Notes: a model not told the origin generated them from the letters alone. Shown: positions 21,097-32,628, counted from the stretch's first letter. The stretch is DNA of 64,000 nucleotides from Draconibacterium sp. (GCA_016705335.1 JADIYN010000015.1:8011-72010); one strand, 5' to 3'. Translations and numbers: made by a program.

Positions 21097-21484
21097 TATT
21101 GTAATTCAATTTGCAGTAAAGTTAAAATTTGTTTTTTAATCCTTTACAAAATCCTGCATTTATAAACTTACGGAACTTCGCTTTGGTTTTAAACCTTTTT
21201 CTGACAAAGTATTGGAATATCCAGAAATCCAACAGCTACACTGTTCTCTCTCTCAAACTGACTTTTAAAACAATAATCAAAAACTACGTTTTTCCTGCTG
21301 TGATTTGACAAAACGTCACGGTGTTGCATAAATTGGATAAATTAATATTGACTAGATGACTGCAACACCGCAGAGTTGGACAATCGAATAATTAGTTCAA
21401 CTATCTCGTTTTTTTAATCTGAATTTATTAACAAAGAAATGTTTGAAACCTCAATTTTTAGTATAAAATCTACATTGATTTTTT

Positions 21485-21492
21485 TATCTTTG
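21485..21492 (+). promoter_or_regulatory. -7 promoter element TATCTTTG for purH-mreBCD
   Basis: Exact TAnnTTTG 25 nt upstream of the purH ATG. Confidence 0.6.
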
Positions 21493-21517
21493 CGACCTAA
21501 AATAGAAAAGGGAATAA

Positions 21518-23110
21518 ATGGCTGATAATAAAAAAATTAAGACCGCGTTGGTCTCAGTGTATCACAAAGAAAACCTCGATAGCATAATTCACAAACTGAA
21601 CAATCTGAATGTTAAAATTTTAAGCACCGGTGGCACAAAAAGTTTTATCGAATCCCTGGGTGTTGAAGTAACTTCAGTAGAAAGTTTAACCGGTTATCCT
21701 TCAATTTTGGGAGGCCGTGTAAAAACCCTGCACCCCAAAGTTTTTGGTGGAATCCTTTCGCGTCGTGAAAATCAGGGTGATGTAAGCCAACTCACAGAAT
21801 ATGATATTCCTGAAATTGATTTGGTTATTGTTGACCTTTATCCGTTTGAAGATACAGTTGCATCGGTTGCCGGTGAACAGGATATTATCGAAAAAATCGA
21901 CATTGGCGGGATTTCATTGATTCGTGCAGCAGCTAAAAATTTCAAGGACGTTGTAATTGTTCCGTCGCAAAAAGAATATCTGCCGCTACTTGATTTGTTA
22001 AATGAAAAAGAAGGCAGTTTTTCACTGGAGGATCGCAAGTGGTTTGCCTGTAAAGCTTTTTCAGTTTCATCGCATTATGATGCTGCAATTTTCAGTTACT
22101 TTAACAGTGGTACCGATGAAAGCACGCAACGGATCAGTTTAAATAATGGCGAAGTTTTACGTTACGGTGAAAATCCGCATCAAAAGGCTACTTTCTTTAA
22201 ATTTAAAAATACTCCACAGGAAGTTACTTTGTCTGATGCCCGTGTTATTCAGGGCAAAGCATTGTCATACAATAATATGCTCGATGCCGATGCTGCCTGG
22301 AAATCGGCAAGCGATGCATTTCATTCAGTAACTCATATCAAAAATAAAGTTGCCGTTTCGGTAATAAAACACCTCAATCCTTGTGGTTTGGCAGTTACTG
22401 GAAATATTCTGGAATCGCTTGAACTTGCCTGGGAAGGTGATCCAATCAGCGCATTTGGAAGTATTATTTGTTTTACAGAAACGGTTACAAAAGAAGTAGC
22501 GGAGTGGTTTGGAAGTAAATTCGTTGAAATAGTGATTGCACCGAAATTTACCGATGAAGCGCTTTCAGTTTTTGCAGGTAAGAAAAATTTGCGCTTGCTC
22601 GAAACACCTGTGAAAAGCGAAATTACAGGCGAAAAATTATACCGTTCAATCAGTGGAGGTATGCTTGTGCAGGATGAAGATGAGGGTTTGGATCTTCAAT
22701 TCGAAACAGTAACTGCAAAAGTATTCGAAACTGAAAAAATGAACCTGGCAAAATTTGGAATAACAGCCTGCAAACACCTGAAAAGTAATGCAATTGCTGT
22801 TGTTACCGAAAATGCAAATGGTTCGTTCTGGCTCACAGGAGCTGGAATGGGGCAGCCCAACCGTCTCGACAGTTTGCGCCATTTAACAATGCCACGGTTC
22901 AATACAAAAAAAGGATTGGCAATCGAAAATTCAGTATTAATTTCCGATGCATTTTTTCCATTCCGTGACAGTATTGAAGCAGCAAACGAATATGGAGTAA
23001 AATACATTGTGGAGCCGGGCGGCAGTATCCGCGACAAAGAAGTTATAGATGCCTGCAATGAGTTTGGAATTGCAATGGCATTTACAGGGAGAAGACATTT
23101 CAAACATTAA
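21518..23110 (+). CDS. purH: Bifunctional AICAR transformylase/IMP cyclohydrolase
   Basis: ALVSV, STGGT, GRVKTLHP, IDIGG, YGENPHQ, SDAFFPF, RHFKH. Confidence 0.97.
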   Translation: MADNKKIKTALVSVYHKENLDSIIHKLNNLNVKILSTGGTKSFIESLGVEVTSVESLTGYPSILGGRVKTLHPKVFGGILSRRENQGDVSQLTEYDIPEIDLVIVDLYPFEDTVASVAGEQDIIEKIDIGGISLIRAAAKNFKDVVIVPSQKEYLPLLDLLNEKEGSFSLEDRKWFACKAFSVSSHYDAAIFSYFNSGTDESTQRISLNNGEVLRYGENPHQKATFFKFKNTPQEVTLSDARVIQGKALSYNNMLDADAAWKSASDAFHSVTHIKNKVAVSVIKHLNPCGLAVTGNILESLELAWEGDPISAFGSIICFTETVTKEVAEWFGSKFVEIVIAPKFTDEALSVFAGKKNLRLLETPVKSEITGEKLYRSISGGMLVQDEDEGLDLQFETVTAKVFETEKMNLAKFGITACKHLKSNAIAVVTENANGSFWLTGAGMGQPNRLDSLRHLTMPRFNTKKGLAIENSVLISDAFFPFRDSIEAANEYGVKYIVEPGGSIRDKEVIDACNEFGIAMAFTGRRHFKH

Positions 23111-23151
23111 AACAGAACATCTTTTTTAAGATTAAATAATTAGAAATTCAA

Positions 23152-24174
23152 ATGGGACTATTTTCATTTTTAACACAAGAGATAGCAATTGACCTGGGAA
23201 CGGCCAACACAATTATTATTTACAACGATAAAATTGTGGTTGATGAGCCTTCCATTGTTGCCATTGATTTGAAAACCGAAAAAATGGTGGCAATTGGCGA
23301 AAAAGCCAGGCAAATGCAGGGGAAGACACACGCAAACCTTAAAACAATAAGGCCATTACGTGACGGGGTGATTGCCGATTTTAACGCGGCGGAGCAAATG
23401 ATAAGGGGGATGATAAAAATGATTAATCCTAAACCGAGGTTGTTTTCTCCGGCATTGAAAATGGTTATTTGCATCCCTTCGGGCAGTACCGAAGTTGAAA
23501 TCCGTGCTGTACGCGACTCATCGGAACATGCAGGTGGGAGAGAGGTTTACATGATTTACGAACCTCTTGCAGCAGCAATTGGAATTGGTCTCGACGTGGA
23601 AGCCCCTGAAGGAAATATGGTGGTTGACATTGGTGGTGGAACTACTGAAATTGCAGTAATCTCATTGGGAGGTATTGTAACAAATAAATCAATTCGTATT
23701 GCCGGTGACGATTTAACCGCTGACATTATGGAATATATGCGCCATCAGCACAATATAAAAATTGGGGAACGTACAGCCGAGGAAATTAAAATACACGTAG
23801 GTTCGGCGCTCTCGCAATTGAAAGACCCGCCACCGGATTATGTGGTTCAGGGACCAAACCAAATGACAGCTTTGCCTATTGAAGTACCCGTTTCGTACCA
23901 GGAAATTGCGCACTGCCTCGAAAAATCGATTTCAAAAATTGAAACTGCCGTGTTGAGCGCACTGGAACAAACCCCTCCTGAACTGTATGCTGATATTGTT
24001 GTAAAAGGAATTTGGCTGGCAGGTGGCGGCGCACTCTTAAAAGGCTTGGATAAAAGGTTGACAGACAAAATCGGGATTACGTTTCATATTGCCGAGGATC
24101 CTTTGCGGGCGGTAGTTCGTGGAACCGGGATTGCACTTAAAAACGTTGATAATTTCTCATTCCTGATCAAATAA
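23152..24174 (+). CDS. mreB: Rod shape-determining protein MreB
   Basis: IDLGTANT, PLRDGVIADF, DIGGGTTE, GGGALL. Confidence 0.98.
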   Translation: MGLFSFLTQEIAIDLGTANTIIIYNDKIVVDEPSIVAIDLKTEKMVAIGEKARQMQGKTHANLKTIRPLRDGVIADFNAAEQMIRGMIKMINPKPRLFSPALKMVICIPSGSTEVEIRAVRDSSEHAGGREVYMIYEPLAAAIGIGLDVEAPEGNMVVDIGGGTTEIAVISLGGIVTNKSIRIAGDDLTADIMEYMRHQHNIKIGERTAEEIKIHVGSALSQLKDPPPDYVVQGPNQMTALPIEVPVSYQEIAHCLEKSISKIETAVLSALEQTPPELYADIVVKGIWLAGGGALLKGLDKRLTDKIGITFHIAEDPLRAVVRGTGIALKNVDNFSFLIK

Positions 24175-24201
24175 ATGGTCGGGAATTTTCTCTTATAGAA
24201 T

Positions 24202-25032
24202 ATGAGAGGTCTGCTACGGTTTCTGTTAAAAAATTATGCGTTTCTTCTTTTTTTATTATTAGAAGTACTTTCGTTTACGCTTATTTATAATTTTAACAGT
24301 TACCAAAGATCGAAGTATCTCAATTCGTCAAATAAAGTAACCGCTACCATTTATAATTCATTCAGCGCGGTTGGTAATTATTTTAGCCTGGCTTCGGTAA
24401 ACCGGAAATTGGCCAGGGAAAATGCCCAGCTAAAATCGTTGATTGCTGATTTGCCTTTTATTCGTATCACACCCTATTCAATTGTTTCAAAAGCTGAAAT
24501 AACAGATTCTTTGTATAGGTTTATTTCTGCAAAAGTGATAAACAACTCCGTTGATAAGCAGGATAATTACATAACGCTTAACAAGGGCAGAAAACATGGT
24601 GTTAAACCCGACCAGGGAATTGTCAGTTCCGATGGAGTGGTAGGTGTTGTTATCCACGTTTCCGAATCATTTTCACTTGGGTTTTCGGTATTGAATAAAC
24701 GGTGGGGAGCTTCAGCTAAGTTGAAAAATAGCGGTACTTTTGGCCCACTTGCCTGGGATGGCAGCGATTCACGATACGCAAACCTTTCTGGTATACCTTT
24801 TCATGTTGAACTTGCCGTTGGAGACACTGTTGTTACAAGCAGTTATTCTTCGGTTTTTCCCGAAGGAATAATGATTGGGACAGTTCATTCAATTGAAATG
24901 CCACCCGGTGATAATTATTATCAAATCCAGGTTGAACTTGCCGTAAATTTCAGGGCACTTTCTTATGTAGATATTGTTGAGAACCTGAAAAAAGATGAAT
25001 TGAAAGCACTCGAAAACAGGATAATCAAATGA
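24202..25032 (+). CDS. mreC: Rod shape-determining protein MreC
   Basis: N-terminal TM, coiled coil, NKG..GV, GDTVVTS..FPEGI; operon position. Confidence 0.93.
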   Translation: MRGLLRFLLKNYAFLLFLLLEVLSFTLIYNFNSYQRSKYLNSSNKVTATIYNSFSAVGNYFSLASVNRKLARENAQLKSLIADLPFIRITPYSIVSKAEITDSLYRFISAKVINNSVDKQDNYITLNKGRKHGVKPDQGIVSSDGVVGVVIHVSESFSLGFSVLNKRWGASAKLKNSGTFGPLAWDGSDSRYANLSGIPFHVELAVGDTVVTSSYSSVFPEGIMIGTVHSIEMPPGDNYYQIQVELAVNFRALSYVDIVENLKKDELKALENRIIK

Positions 25033-25532
25033 TTCGGATACTTTTTAAATATTTGGTAATGTTTTTGTCACTGGTTTTGGTGCAGGTTTTAATTTTCAAC
25101 CAGGTCCAGTTTGGCGGTTTTTTCAATCCTTATGTTTATATATTGTTTGTCATCTTGCTTCCATTGAGCACTCCCAGGTATTTGGTGTTAATTCTTGCTT
25201 TCGTTCTTGGATTTATTATCGATATATTTTCCAACAGTTTAGGGGTACATTCGGCCGCAACTGTTTTTATTGCATACATGAGACTATTGGTAATCAGGAT
25301 TATATCAAACAGGGAAGACGACAAAAGCGATTATCCCGGGTTGCATCAAAATAAATTGATTTGGTTTGTCAGTTATGTTGCTTTCATGGTTTTACTGCAC
25401 CATTTACTTCTTTTTTATCTTGAAGTTTACACATTTGCCAATTTCCTAACAACGCTTTTCCGGGTAATCCTGAGTTCTCTATTCTCAATTATTGTTATAG
25501 TTTTAAGTCAGTTTTTAGTATTTAGAGATTAA
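25029..25532 (+). CDS. mreD: Rod shape-determining protein MreD
   Basis: Hydrophobic 167 aa, GFIIDIF..GVH; lies between mreC and mrdA. Confidence 0.9.
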   Translation: MIRILFKYLVMFLSLVLVQVLIFNQVQFGGFFNPYVYILFVILLPLSTPRYLVLILAFVLGFIIDIFSNSLGVHSAATVFIAYMRLLVIRIISNREDDKSDYPGLHQNKLIWFVSYVAFMVLLHHLLLFYLEVYTFANFLTTLFRVILSSLFSIIVIVLSQFLVFRD

Positions 25533-25536
25533 AACT

Positions 25537-27353
25537 ATGAGCGTGGACATTTTTTCGAAACGAAAATATTATGTAACAACCATTTTCCTTGCTGCCGGAC
25601 TTATCTTTATTTTGAAATTATTTGGTTTACAGGTTATAAGTTCAAAATACAAGGTATCGGCAACAAATAATGTACTGCGCGAAATTGTACAATATCCGGC
25701 GCGCGGGTTGGTTTACGACAGGAACGGTGTTTTGATGGTATTCAATAAACCTGCCTACGATTTACTTGTTACACCGCGGGAAGTTGAAAGATTTGATACG
25801 CTTTCATTTTGCCGTTTGCTTGAAATTTCGAAAGAAGATTTGATTGCCGGAATTCAAAAAGCCAGTGAATATTCTACTTACAAACCCTCGATATTAATAA
25901 AACAAATTCCCCCGAAAGTTTTGCCTATCTTCAGGAGCAACTATATAAATTTAAAGGTTTTCATACACAGTCGAGAACATTGCGTGAATATGCACAACCA
26001 TCGGCAGCGCACGTTTTAGGTTATGTAAGCGAGGTAAATGATGCTGATATCCAAAGGGAAGAATATTACAAATCGGGCGATTATATTGGTGCAAGCGGAA
26101 TTGAAAAAACTTATGAAAAACAACTTCGTGGAATTAAGGGTATAAAAAAGCAATTGGTTGATGTGCATAATCGTTTACAGGGAAGCTACCTCGAAGGAGT
26201 TGAAGATATTCCGGCTAAAATCGGGAATAACATTGTTTCTACTTTGGATGCCGATCTGCAAAGTTATGCCGAACAACTTTTCGAAATAAAAAGGTGCAAT
26301 GGTGGCTATTGAACCTTCAACGGGTGAAGTGCTTGCATTGGTGAGTGCACCAACCTACGATCCCAGTTTGCTTGTCGGCCGTATTCGTGGAACGAATTAT
26401 AATATATTGCTGCAGGATTCATTAAAACCGCTGTTTAACAGGGCAACACAGGCAAAATATATGCCCGGTTCAACTTTCAAAATAATTAACACTTTGATTG
26501 GATTGGAAACCGGCGCCATTACAACACAATCACGTTTTTCGTGCGCCGGCAAAGCTTCAAGCCCGATCCGCTGCACCCATAACCACGTTTCTCCGGCAAA
26601 TGTTGTTGATGCAATAAGGGAATCCTGTAACTCATTTTTATGGAATACTTTCCGGGCTATCATTTATAAGGGAAAAAATGTTGCCGAAGGTTATGATACA
26701 TGGCGCAGTTATGCCGAAAGTTTTGGAATCGGGCAGATTATCAGCAGCGATTTTCCAAATGCGTTGAAGGGAATTTGCCACCCGAATCATACTACAATAA
26801 TATTTACGGGAAAGGCCACTGGAGCCCAATGACTATTCGTTCAATGGCGATTGGGCAGGGCGAATTGGGTGCAACCCCGCTTCAAATGGCAAATGTTGCA
26901 GCAATCGTTGCCAATCGCGGCTTTTATTATCCCCCGCATTTGGTTCGGGAGATTGAAAACGATACAGTTTCGTCATCACTTAAAGTGAAGCATTATTCAA
27001 AAATTTCGCCCGAAACTTTTATTCCGATAATTGAAGGAATGGAACAGGTTGTGAAGGGGAACATGTCATCGAGGGTTGCCGTGCCGGGTGTTGTAATGTG
27101 CGGCAAAACTGGTACTGTTCAAAACGATCATGGTATTGATCATTCGGTATTTACGGCTTTTGCACCAAAAGACAATCCGAAAATTGCCATTTTTGTTTAT
27201 GTAGAAAACAGCGGTTTTGGTGCCACTTACGCAGCACCTATGGCAGGTTTAATGGTTGAAAGGTTTTTAAACGATACCATTTCGGCACAGAAAAAACCAG
27301 TGGAAGAAAAGTTGTTGGAAGCCAATTTGTTAAACCCAAACAAGCCAAGATAA
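25537..27353 (+). CDS. mrdA: Penicillin-binding protein 2 (split by about 3 frameshifts)
   Basis: PARGLVYDRNG, GASGIEK, PGSTFK (SxxK), SCN, KTGT distributed over four ORF fragments. Confidence 0.93.
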
Positions 27354-27354
27354 T

Positions 27355-28771
27355 ATGCCAAAAAGAAACAGCCTTTGGGCAAATATCGACTGGATCACGG
27401 TTTCATTATTTCTGATACTGATGCTTTTAGGATGGATAAATATTTATGCTTCAGTTTTTAACCTCGAACACCAAAGTATTTTCGATACAACCCAACGATA
27501 CGGGAAACAATTGATTTGGATTGGTGCAGCGCTCATAATAGCTTTTATTATTGTCCGGATTGGATTCCAATTTTTATGTGCTTTTCTCCTATTTTATTTA
27601 TGGTTTTATTGTTCTTCTGTTAATTCTTGTACTACTTATTGGATCAAAAATAAACGGACAACGTGCCTGGTTTATGTTTGGCTCGTTTGGGTTACAACCT
27701 TCCGAGTTTTGTAAGTTTGCTACTGGTCTGGCACTTGCAAATTATATGAATACACATGGTTTTAAACTCCAGAAATTCAAATCACTTCTTATTGTTACAC
27801 TTATTATTCTTGGCCCGGCTGCATTGATTTTAATGCAAAACGACACAGGTTCGGCACTTGTTTATTTTTCTTTTGTTTTGGTTTTATACCGCGAAGGATT
27901 ATCAGGAGTCGTACTGTTTTTTGGTACTTTATTGGTAGTTCTTTTTGTACTTGCATTGATTATTTCGAACCTTACTTTATCACTTTTGTTCTTGGTTTTG
28001 TGTTGATTGCTTTTATGTAGTTAACCCGAGATACAAGCAGTTTTTAATAATACCTGCCATTTTTGCATCATCAATTCTTGTATCATTTTCAATCAATTTA
28101 ATTCTTGGATCGAAATATGGGATATCTGATGTGCTTACCGTTGGCTCGATTATCGGCGTTGTAATTATTTTAGCTTACAGTTTCCATAAAAAGTTGACAA
28201 ACTATATTACAATAGCTCTGATTTTTCTTGGTTCGGTTTTATTTACAATTTCAGTCGATTATGTTTTCTATAATATCCTTGGCGATCATCAACAAGCGCG
28301 TATCAATGAACTGCTTGGGATTGAATCAGATCCGCTGGGTGCGGGTTACAATGTAAATCAAAGTAAAATTGCAATCGGCTCGGGCGGTTTTTTGCAAAAG
28401 GTTTTTGAAAGGTACACAAACCAAATTCAATTTTGTTCCGGAACAAGACACCGATTTTATTTTTGCACCGTTGGCGAAGAGTGGGGTTTGTTGGTTCGCT
28501 GGTTGTTATCGGCCTGTTTATGGGACTGTTTTCCCGGTTGGTTTGGCTTGCTGAACGTCAGCGTTCGGGGTTTTCACGCATTTATGGTTATGTAGTTGCC
28601 GTTATCCTGTTTTTTCATTTTTTTGTGAATATCGGAATGACAATCGGAATAATGCCCGTAATCGGAATTCCACTCCCTTTCTTTAGTTATGGCGGTTCGT
28701 CACTTTGGTCGTTTACAATTTTGCTGTTTATTTTTATCAGATTGGATGCCAGCCGGTACGAAAAATTTTAG
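27355..28771 (+). CDS. rodA: Rod shape-determining protein RodA (multiple frameshifts)
   Basis: QPSEF, QNDTGS, GYNVNQSKIAIGSGG, FVPEQDTDFIF, PFFSYGGSS. Confidence 0.93.
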
Positions 28772-28866
28772 TCAGATATATGTTTTCTATATCGATAGGT
28801 GGTTAAAAAACCTTGACTCGTTGTTTTGTTCCCCCAAAAAACCTTCCCCTTATAAAGGGTTTTTTT

Positions 28867-29535
28867 TTAAATATATTTTTTTTTTTCCCTTAAAATTTTT
28901 TTTTTTTTTTTTTTTAAAAATTTTTTTTTCCGGCAACCAAAACTTGAGGAAAAAAAAACCCTTTTGATTTCAGTCGCATATTTCAGTAAATCAATCATAA
29001 ACTCCCTGAAATTAACTTCGAAAAAATCATTGTTTGTTTGAATTGTTTGCAACACGTAATTTGATTTTGCCGGAAGTGAGGAGTAATTGCTCATAATTTT
29101 TAATGTTTGTAAAATTCCTTCAACCGAAGCATACGATTCAAGTCGCTTGTGCTGAATTAAAAATGGCAGGAAACTTTGCACCCTGACCGGCAAATGCAAA
29201 AAATTTTGTAAAAGCACGGCATGACTGTGTTTTGCAAAAGCCCGAAGCGTTAAATCAGAATAGTCGTTCCAGTTTTTGGCTAAATAATGATCATACAATA
29301 AATCAATAACAATTCCCGAATACAACCCAAATTCGCTTCGAAACAAAGATTTTGCCTCTCTGAAATTTGGGTGTGCATCGGTAAATGAGTCAATCCATCG
29401 GTGCATTAAGATCCCCTTTTTTATGTTTTCAGGAAATTTGTTCCATGTATTTCCCTTTACATAATCACCAATAAAATTGCCGACCATAGTCTGTTCGTCA
29501 GGACCCGATAAAAACAAATGCGCCAGGTAATTCAT
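28867..29535 (-). CDS. ACP phosphodiesterase (DUF479/AcpH-like); true C-terminus lost in a garbled homopolymer patch
   Basis: MNYLAHLFLS, GNFIGDYVKG, HRWIDSFTD, DLLYDHYLA. Confidence 0.88.
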   Translation of the reverse strand: MNYLAHLFLSGPDEQTMVGNFIGDYVKGNTWNKFPENIKKGILMHRWIDSFTDAHPNFREAKSLFRSEFGLYSGIVIDLLYDHYLAKNWNDYSDLTLRAFAKHSHAVLLQNFLHLPVRVQSFLPFLIQHKRLESYASVEGILQTLKIMSNYSSLPAKSNYVLQTIQTNNDFFEVNFREFMIDLLKYATEIKRVFFSSSFGCRKKKFLKKKKKKILREKKKYI

Positions 29536-29769
29536 CCAAATTCTTTTAAAAAGGAACGGTTTAAAAAAGAATTTGTTTGAAAAATGAATTTATCAACTGC
29601 TTACTCCTTCATTTACTGCTGGTTGAAACTTATGTAAGCATTGTAAATATTCAATTTGATTTGAAAAAGAAGAACAAATAAAAAAAATCAATTTACGTAA
29701 TTATCATGCCTCGCGAAGGTGAATCATTTTTTAATAATTGCTATTTTTGCCACTCTGAAAAAGGTTTTG

Positions 29770-30684
29770 ATGAATAAAAAAATTGTTGCATTTGGCGAAG
29801 TGGTTTGGGATATTTTACCCAACGGAAAAGTTTTGGGAGGGACACCGTCAAACATGGTTTTTCGATGCAATTCATTTAACGAACAAGGTTTTTTACTTTC
29901 GCGGGTTGGCGATGACGAACTGGGAAACGAAGCTTTTGAAAAACTGAAAGAATTAGAAATTTCAGATGAGAATGTTCAGGTTGACAGCGAGTTTCCAACA
30001 GGAACCGTACATATCAGTTTCGATGAAAATTTCGAAGCACGATATATTGTAACTCCCGAAGTTGCTTTCGATCACATAGAGTTTTCTGCCGAATCGTTAA
30101 AATTGGTCAGGGATGCTGATTGCCTTTTTTACGGGTTGCTGCCACAACGTTTTGGTATCTCGAAAAATACGCTTCGGGAATTAATCAAGGAATCACCCGA
30201 CTCAATACATTTCTTTGATTTAAAGTTATTTGAGCATTTTTTTAATGCAATTGTTGTGCAGAATCTTTTGTTGAGTTCAAATATTGTGAGAATAAAAGAA
30301 AAGGAAATTGATTTTTTGAGCAAAGAGTTAAATCTAAACGCTGATAATCTTGAAGTTTTCAGCTCCGAACTTTCAGGGAAATACAAAATCGACATAGTAT
30401 TAATTACAAGAGGGCAAAATGGGGTTTTTGCCTACCACTATAAAAAAGGAGCATTTTCTGATCCCGGTTACAAAATAGAAGTTGTTGATAATATTGGTTC
30501 AGGCATGGCATTTTTAGCGGGATTTTTGGTTTATTATCTGAATGGTAAATCAATGCAGCAATCTCTCAACTTTGGCAATGCTTCAGGCGCAATTAATACT
30601 ACAAGACGCGGCGCAACTTCCTATTTTAATAAAAAGGACGTGCTTGCTTTTATGAAATCAACCCCAAAAAATAATATGCCGTAA
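29770..30684 (+). CDS. PfkB/fructokinase-like protein with degenerate catalytic motifs
   Basis: GEVVWD, GGTPSN, SRVGDD, TRGQNG, DNIGSGMAFLAG (canonical GAGD reads GSGM). Confidence 0.8.
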   Translation: MNKKIVAFGEVVWDILPNGKVLGGTPSNMVFRCNSFNEQGFLLSRVGDDELGNEAFEKLKELEISDENVQVDSEFPTGTVHISFDENFEARYIVTPEVAFDHIEFSAESLKLVRDADCLFYGLLPQRFGISKNTLRELIKESPDSIHFFDLKLFEHFFNAIVVQNLLLSSNIVRIKEKEIDFLSKELNLNADNLEVFSSELSGKYKIDIVLITRGQNGVFAYHYKKGAFSDPGYKIEVVDNIGSGMAFLAGFLVYYLNGKSMQQSLNFGNASGAINTTRRGATSYFNKKDVLAFMKSTPKNNMP

Positions 30685-30759
30685 TTATTTTTCTCTTCTA
30701 AATACTACTGTATAACATAAGTTGTTTGGTAACCAAAGTGTAAGTTTTCATGTTTATGT

Positions 30760-31698
30760 ATGAAAACAAACATCATGAAACGAACTACAAAAGAAATTAT
30801 CCGGTTGCTGTTTGAAAAATTATGGGAACAGTATGCCGTAAGAGTTCCTTACACGCTGCAATATGCTGATTTGGTGGCTGAAAAGGGCAGAAAAGTTGTG
30901 ATTGACCATATCGCTTTTCGAACATTTAATGCCCACACCGGGGAACAACCCGAAGGTATAAGGGCAATAAAACACATTCTGAATTTTTTAGGATACGTAC
31001 CTGTTTCAAAATATAAATTTCCTAAAAAGAAATTAAATTCAACCCACTTTGAACACCCTGATGAAACGCTACCAAAAATATTTGTCACGCAATTGGAAGT
31101 AAATGATTTGCCAGATTGGGCGCAAAATATAGTTAATGAAGCGGTACACAATACCTTTTATTTACTCAATGATAAAAGCTTGGAGTTGCTTGCAATTCTT
31201 AAAGAAAATGAAAGTTTACCTGTTGAAGCTGCAGATTATCTTGTTAATGATCTTGTACAGTATTTTCGACGTCCGTGGAATATTCCTTTAAAAGATGAAG
31301 TGCTGAAAATGAATGATATATCACAGTTTGGGGCATGGGTTTTAATCCATGGAAATTCTGTAAATCATTTTGCAGCATTGGTAAATAGTCAGGATGTTAA
31401 GGAATGGGCTAATTTGGAAACTACAACCAATGCTCTCGTCGCCGCAGGAATTCCTGTGAATGAAAACATTGAAGGTGAACCGGGCGGTAAATTACGGCAA
31501 ACCGCAACAAAGGCAACCAAAGAAGAAGTTGATGTAAAAGGCGAAGATGGATTTGAAACAATGGTTTGGACTTATGCCTATTTTGAATTTATCGAGCGAA
31601 ATTACATTGAAATGGACGGATCGCAAAAGTTGTTTTCAGGGTTTCTCGCCGGGCATGAAAACCTCCTGTTCGACCTTACCGAAACCCATGAGAATTAA
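30760..31698 (+). CDS. DUF1338 family protein (2-oxoadipate dioxygenase/decarboxylase HglS/YdcJ-like)
   Basis: DHIAFRTF, PKIFV, NHF, LRQTA, YFEFIER. Confidence 0.75.
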   Translation: MKTNIMKRTTKEIIRLLFEKLWEQYAVRVPYTLQYADLVAEKGRKVVIDHIAFRTFNAHTGEQPEGIRAIKHILNFLGYVPVSKYKFPKKKLNSTHFEHPDETLPKIFVTQLEVNDLPDWAQNIVNEAVHNTFYLLNDKSLELLAILKENESLPVEAADYLVNDLVQYFRRPWNIPLKDEVLKMNDISQFGAWVLIHGNSVNHFAALVNSQDVKEWANLETTTNALVAAGIPVNENIEGEPGGKLRQTATKATKEEVDVKGEDGFETMVWTYAYFEFIERNYIEMDGSQKLFSGFLAGHENLLFDLTETHEN

Positions 31699-32503
31699 TA
31701 CACATTCGGAACGTAAGTTATTTCATCAATAGGAGGCCTCACATATCCCTTGCTATCGGATCGCGGTGGTAATTCAATAGGGGCAGGCGTTAAATCCTGG
31801 TACGGAATCATGGATAAAAGATGATGGATGCAATTCAACCTTGAAAGTTTTTTATTGTCGGCATCAACAGTGTACCACGGGCAAATTTTAGTATCGGTGT
31901 AAGCAAACATTTCATCTTTCGCCATTGAAAAATCAACATACAATTTTCGCGACTCCATATCCATTGGGCTTAATTTCCACCTTTTTGTGGGGTGTTTTAT
32001 TCTTGATCTAAAACGCTTTTCCTGTTCTTTTTCGCTTACCGAAAACCAGTATTTTATTAAAATCGTTCCCGAGTACATTAACATTCTTTCAAATCTTGGG
32101 CAAGCCCGCAAAAAATCCCAGTACTCATCATCGGTGCAAAACCCCATTACTTTTCAACCCCTGCCCGATTATACCAGCTCCTGTCAAACAACACCATTTC
32201 GCCGGCAGCGGGTAAATGCGCAACATAACGCTGAAAATACCATTGGGTTTTTTCACGCTCAGTAGGTGTTCCCAAGGCTACAACCCTGCAAATGCGGGGG
32301 TTCAAAACCTGAATTATTCTTTTTATAGCTCCTCCTTTTCCAGCAGCATCGCGGCCTTCAAATATTACTACAACTTTTAGCTTTTCGAGTTTTACCCATT
32401 CCTGCAATTTTATCAATTCAAGTTGAAGTTTTTTTAGTTCTTTTTTATAAAACTTTTTTGTGATTTTTTGTGGAGATGACGGATTTGATTCAAGCTCGTT
32501 CAT
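31695..32503 (-). CDS. ppk2: Polyphosphate kinase 2, single domain (frameshift near 32150)
   Basis: FEGRDAAGKGG, QWYFQRY, FDRSWYNRAGVE, WKLSPMD. Confidence 0.93.
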
Positions 32504-32628
32504 AACGTAATAGTTTAATATTCAGATGAAGTTCGATTTGAAAAGTGTTTTAAAGTTACAGAAAATTATTCCAGATTGTATAATTCAATCAAAAGGAACT
32601 TTTTACAGAATAAAACAATTTTACGTCT

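Noticed and set aside
21100-21517. ZMP/ZTP riboswitch upstream of purH
   Set aside because: No recognisable conserved pfl-motif elements, and the predicted promoter leaves only a ~20-nt leader.
28830-28965. Long poly-T/poly-A tracts giving KKKK/FFFF ORF ends
   Set aside because: Abrupt homopolymer-only composition that overwrites the AcpH C-terminus; typical basecalling or polishing junk, not a phase-variation tract.
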